A stretch of 45,785 nt of DNA, from IMG/VR virus record IMGVR_UViG_3300047462_000035. One strand, given 5' to 3'. The notes under the pieces are model-generated. The model was given only the letters and a program-made list of their open reading frames with translations, was not told the origin of the DNA and searched no databases. Shown here one piece after another: positions 44,485-45,785 of the stretch. The translations under genes were made by a program, and so were the position numbers. The number at the start of each line of letters is the position of its first letter. Positions within the stretch are counted from its first letter, which is position 1. The DNA is from a virus.

Positions 44485-45322
44485 AATGATAGACACTAAC
44501 CTTGCAAAATTTGCGCTATCTCAAATTGTGCCGGGCGAACGTAGCAACTTTATAACAGGACCGGAAAAAAGAACGTTTGAATTTGAAGTTGTATCGCTTA
44601 AAGACTTTAGCGTTATCGTGAAATCTGCTATAGGTTTGTTGATTGAATTGCCTATCTCGAAATCGGAAATCTACATAGAGGAACATAAAAAAATGTCTAA
44701 AACCAGCCGAATGACCATGCCCACACAACAGCCCGCTTCTGCCGTCGCACAGCCGCCAGCCCGGCCAAGGCGACGCACAAAGGCACAGATTGACGCCGAT
44801 AATGCCGCCGCTCTGGCAGCTAAGAACGGTCAAGCAGCACCGCAGGCAGCGCCCCAGCCGACGCCGCAACCGGCGTTTCAGCAACCATCTTTTGCGCCAA
44901 GCTTTGACAGTTGGACGCCGCCCGGTGCCACGCCAGGACCGCAACCAGCGGTCATGAGCGATGCCCGGCAGTCACAATCCTGGCAAACAGGCACCGCGCC
45001 GCATCCCATGCTAGAAGGCGTGCGAGTGCCTGTCACAAACAACTTGCCTGAAGCTGAAGACAATAATTGGATTGAAAAGGCGGTCAGGGAAGCGGGCGAA
45101 TCGTTTCTATCTGAAATCACGCAAATTATCACTACGGTTTATCGCGAACAGCCGCTTGAAGAACCGGCCGCGCCGTCAGTGAAAACTTGTTTTGATTGCG
45201 TTATGATTAACGTTAATGAAAACAAGTGCGACAAATACCTCATGACGCCGCCGTTGTCGATTATCAAAACGGCACAGACTGGTTGTGAGGGATTTGTGTC
45301 TAACGACGAAATACCATATTGA
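44474..45322 (+). CDS. Hypothetical protein with a Pro/Gln/Ala-rich centre and a Cys-containing C-domain
   Basis: 282-aa ORF, coupled to its neighbours. Confidence 0.5.
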   Translation: MNFEMIDTNLAKFALSQIVPGERSNFITGPEKRTFEFEVVSLKDFSVIVKSAIGLLIELPISKSEIYIEEHKKMSKTSRMTMPTQQPASAVAQPPARPRRRTKAQIDADNAAALAAKNGQAAPQAAPQPTPQPAFQQPSFAPSFDSWTPPGATPGPQPAVMSDARQSQSWQTGTAPHPMLEGVRVPVTNNLPEAEDNNWIEKAVREAGESFLSEITQIITTVYREQPLEEPAAPSVKTCFDCVMINVNENKCDKYLMTPPLSIIKTAQTGCEGFVSNDEIPY

Positions 45323-45762
45323 AAGGATTAAAAGTTATGAGCGCAAAACTTACGCCTACAAATTTTCCTGTGATTGTGGGGGAAACTGTTTTATTTGGCA
45401 ATTCAAGCAGAACAGCAATTAAACTTGGTCTTGCAACGCTTACGCATGTTGCACATGCTCGCGCTGTATCTGCCGGATGGTGGTCAGACAAAAGCACAGG
45501 CAAACCGCTTGAACGCAATAAAGGCGAATTGCTAATGCTTATGGTTTCAGAACTTTCTGAAGGTTTTGAAGGCTTGCGAAAAAATCTCATGGACGATAAG
45601 CTTACAAATCGGCCCATGATTGAAGTTGAGTTTGCAGATTGTCTTATTCGTATGTGCGATTTTGCAGGCAGATATGGCTTAGATATTGGCGGTGCAGCTT
45701 GTGATAAAATTGATTTTAACGAAATTCGAACGGATCACAAATTAGAAAATCGAAACAAATAA
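45319..45762 (+). CDS. MazG-like nucleotide pyrophosphohydrolase
   Basis: 147 aa. 'MVSELSEGFEGLRK' (ExxE) and 'EVEFADCLIRMCD' (E..D) are typical of the MazG helical bundle. Confidence 0.65.
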   Translation: MKGLKVMSAKLTPTNFPVIVGETVLFGNSSRTAIKLGLATLTHVAHARAVSAGWWSDKSTGKPLERNKGELLMLMVSELSEGFEGLRKNLMDDKLTNRPMIEVEFADCLIRMCDFAGRYGLDIGGAACDKIDFNEIRTDHKLENRNK

Positions 45763-45785
45763 GGCGGAAAAGAGTTCTAACCAAA
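45659..45785. repeat. Terminal direct repeat copy 2 (identical to 1..127)
   Basis: See copy 1. Confidence 0.9.

Noticed and set aside
44516-45132. Antisense ORFs 44516..44944 and 44878..45132
   Set aside because: They are shadows of the Pro/Gln/Ala-rich centre of 44474..45322, with Arg/Cys/Trp-rich translations.
1-45785. tRNA genes, integrase/attP, or a lysogeny switch with a CI-type repressor
   Set aside because: Scanning the intergenic regions found no cloverleaf-like T-loop or acceptor features. No ORF shows tyrosine- or serine-recombinase motifs. Only one small HTH gene is present, so lifestyle cannot be inferred from this sequence alone.

Overview
This window is a complete tailed dsDNA phage genome closed on itself. 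Bases 1-127 are identical to 45659-45785, so the unique length is 45,658 bp (circular or circularly permuted). A 127-nt overlap looks like an assembler k-mer artefact. I recognised no rRNA, tRNA, CRISPR array, integrase or transposase.

Layout:
- (i) A long minus-strand block runs from a divergent control region at about 35.4-35.9 kb down to 3.8 kb. In order it holds small early genes (VRR-NUC nuclease, Zn-finger mini-proteins, micro-ORFs), a Flp-pilin moron and lysis genes (SLT-type endolysin plus membrane proteins). Next come a sulfotransferase-like gene, a cassette of four short fibre-like proteins, terminase, portal, a MuF-like head protein fused to an HExxH domain, scaffold, major capsid and connectors. 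It ends with a contractile-tail module in PBSX-like order: sheath, tube, chaperone with a candidate -1 frameshift, tape measure, hub/spike, baseplate J, Gly-rich fibre.
- (ii) A plus-strand replication/recombination block runs from 39.3 kb across the junction to 3.8 kb. It holds a Sak4-like ATPase, an SSB-like protein, a Cas4-like Fe-S nuclease, a DUF3310-like protein, an SF2 helicase, a MazG-like protein, a DnaN-like clamp and a DNA polymerase.
- (iii) A minus-strand primase-polymerase plus P-loop helicase-like pair with an HTH gene lies at 36.4-39.2 kb.

The host is probably Gram-negative and carries Tad pili.

Most notable observations:
- A 53-aa Flp/Tad pilin gene that the ORF track missed, with Ala instead of Gly at the prepilin cleavage position.
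- A roughly 300-bp dyad-symmetric array of nine TTAGTAT[G/A]-type motifs (CATACTAA on the other strand) between divergent promoters.
- The MuF-HExxH fusion.
- Tandem fibre paralogues that share a perfect 53-bp core.
- A phage sulfotransferase-like gene.
- A baseplate protein with eight 17-aa tandem repeats.

All functional calls rest on motifs read by eye and on gene order. None has been checked by database search.
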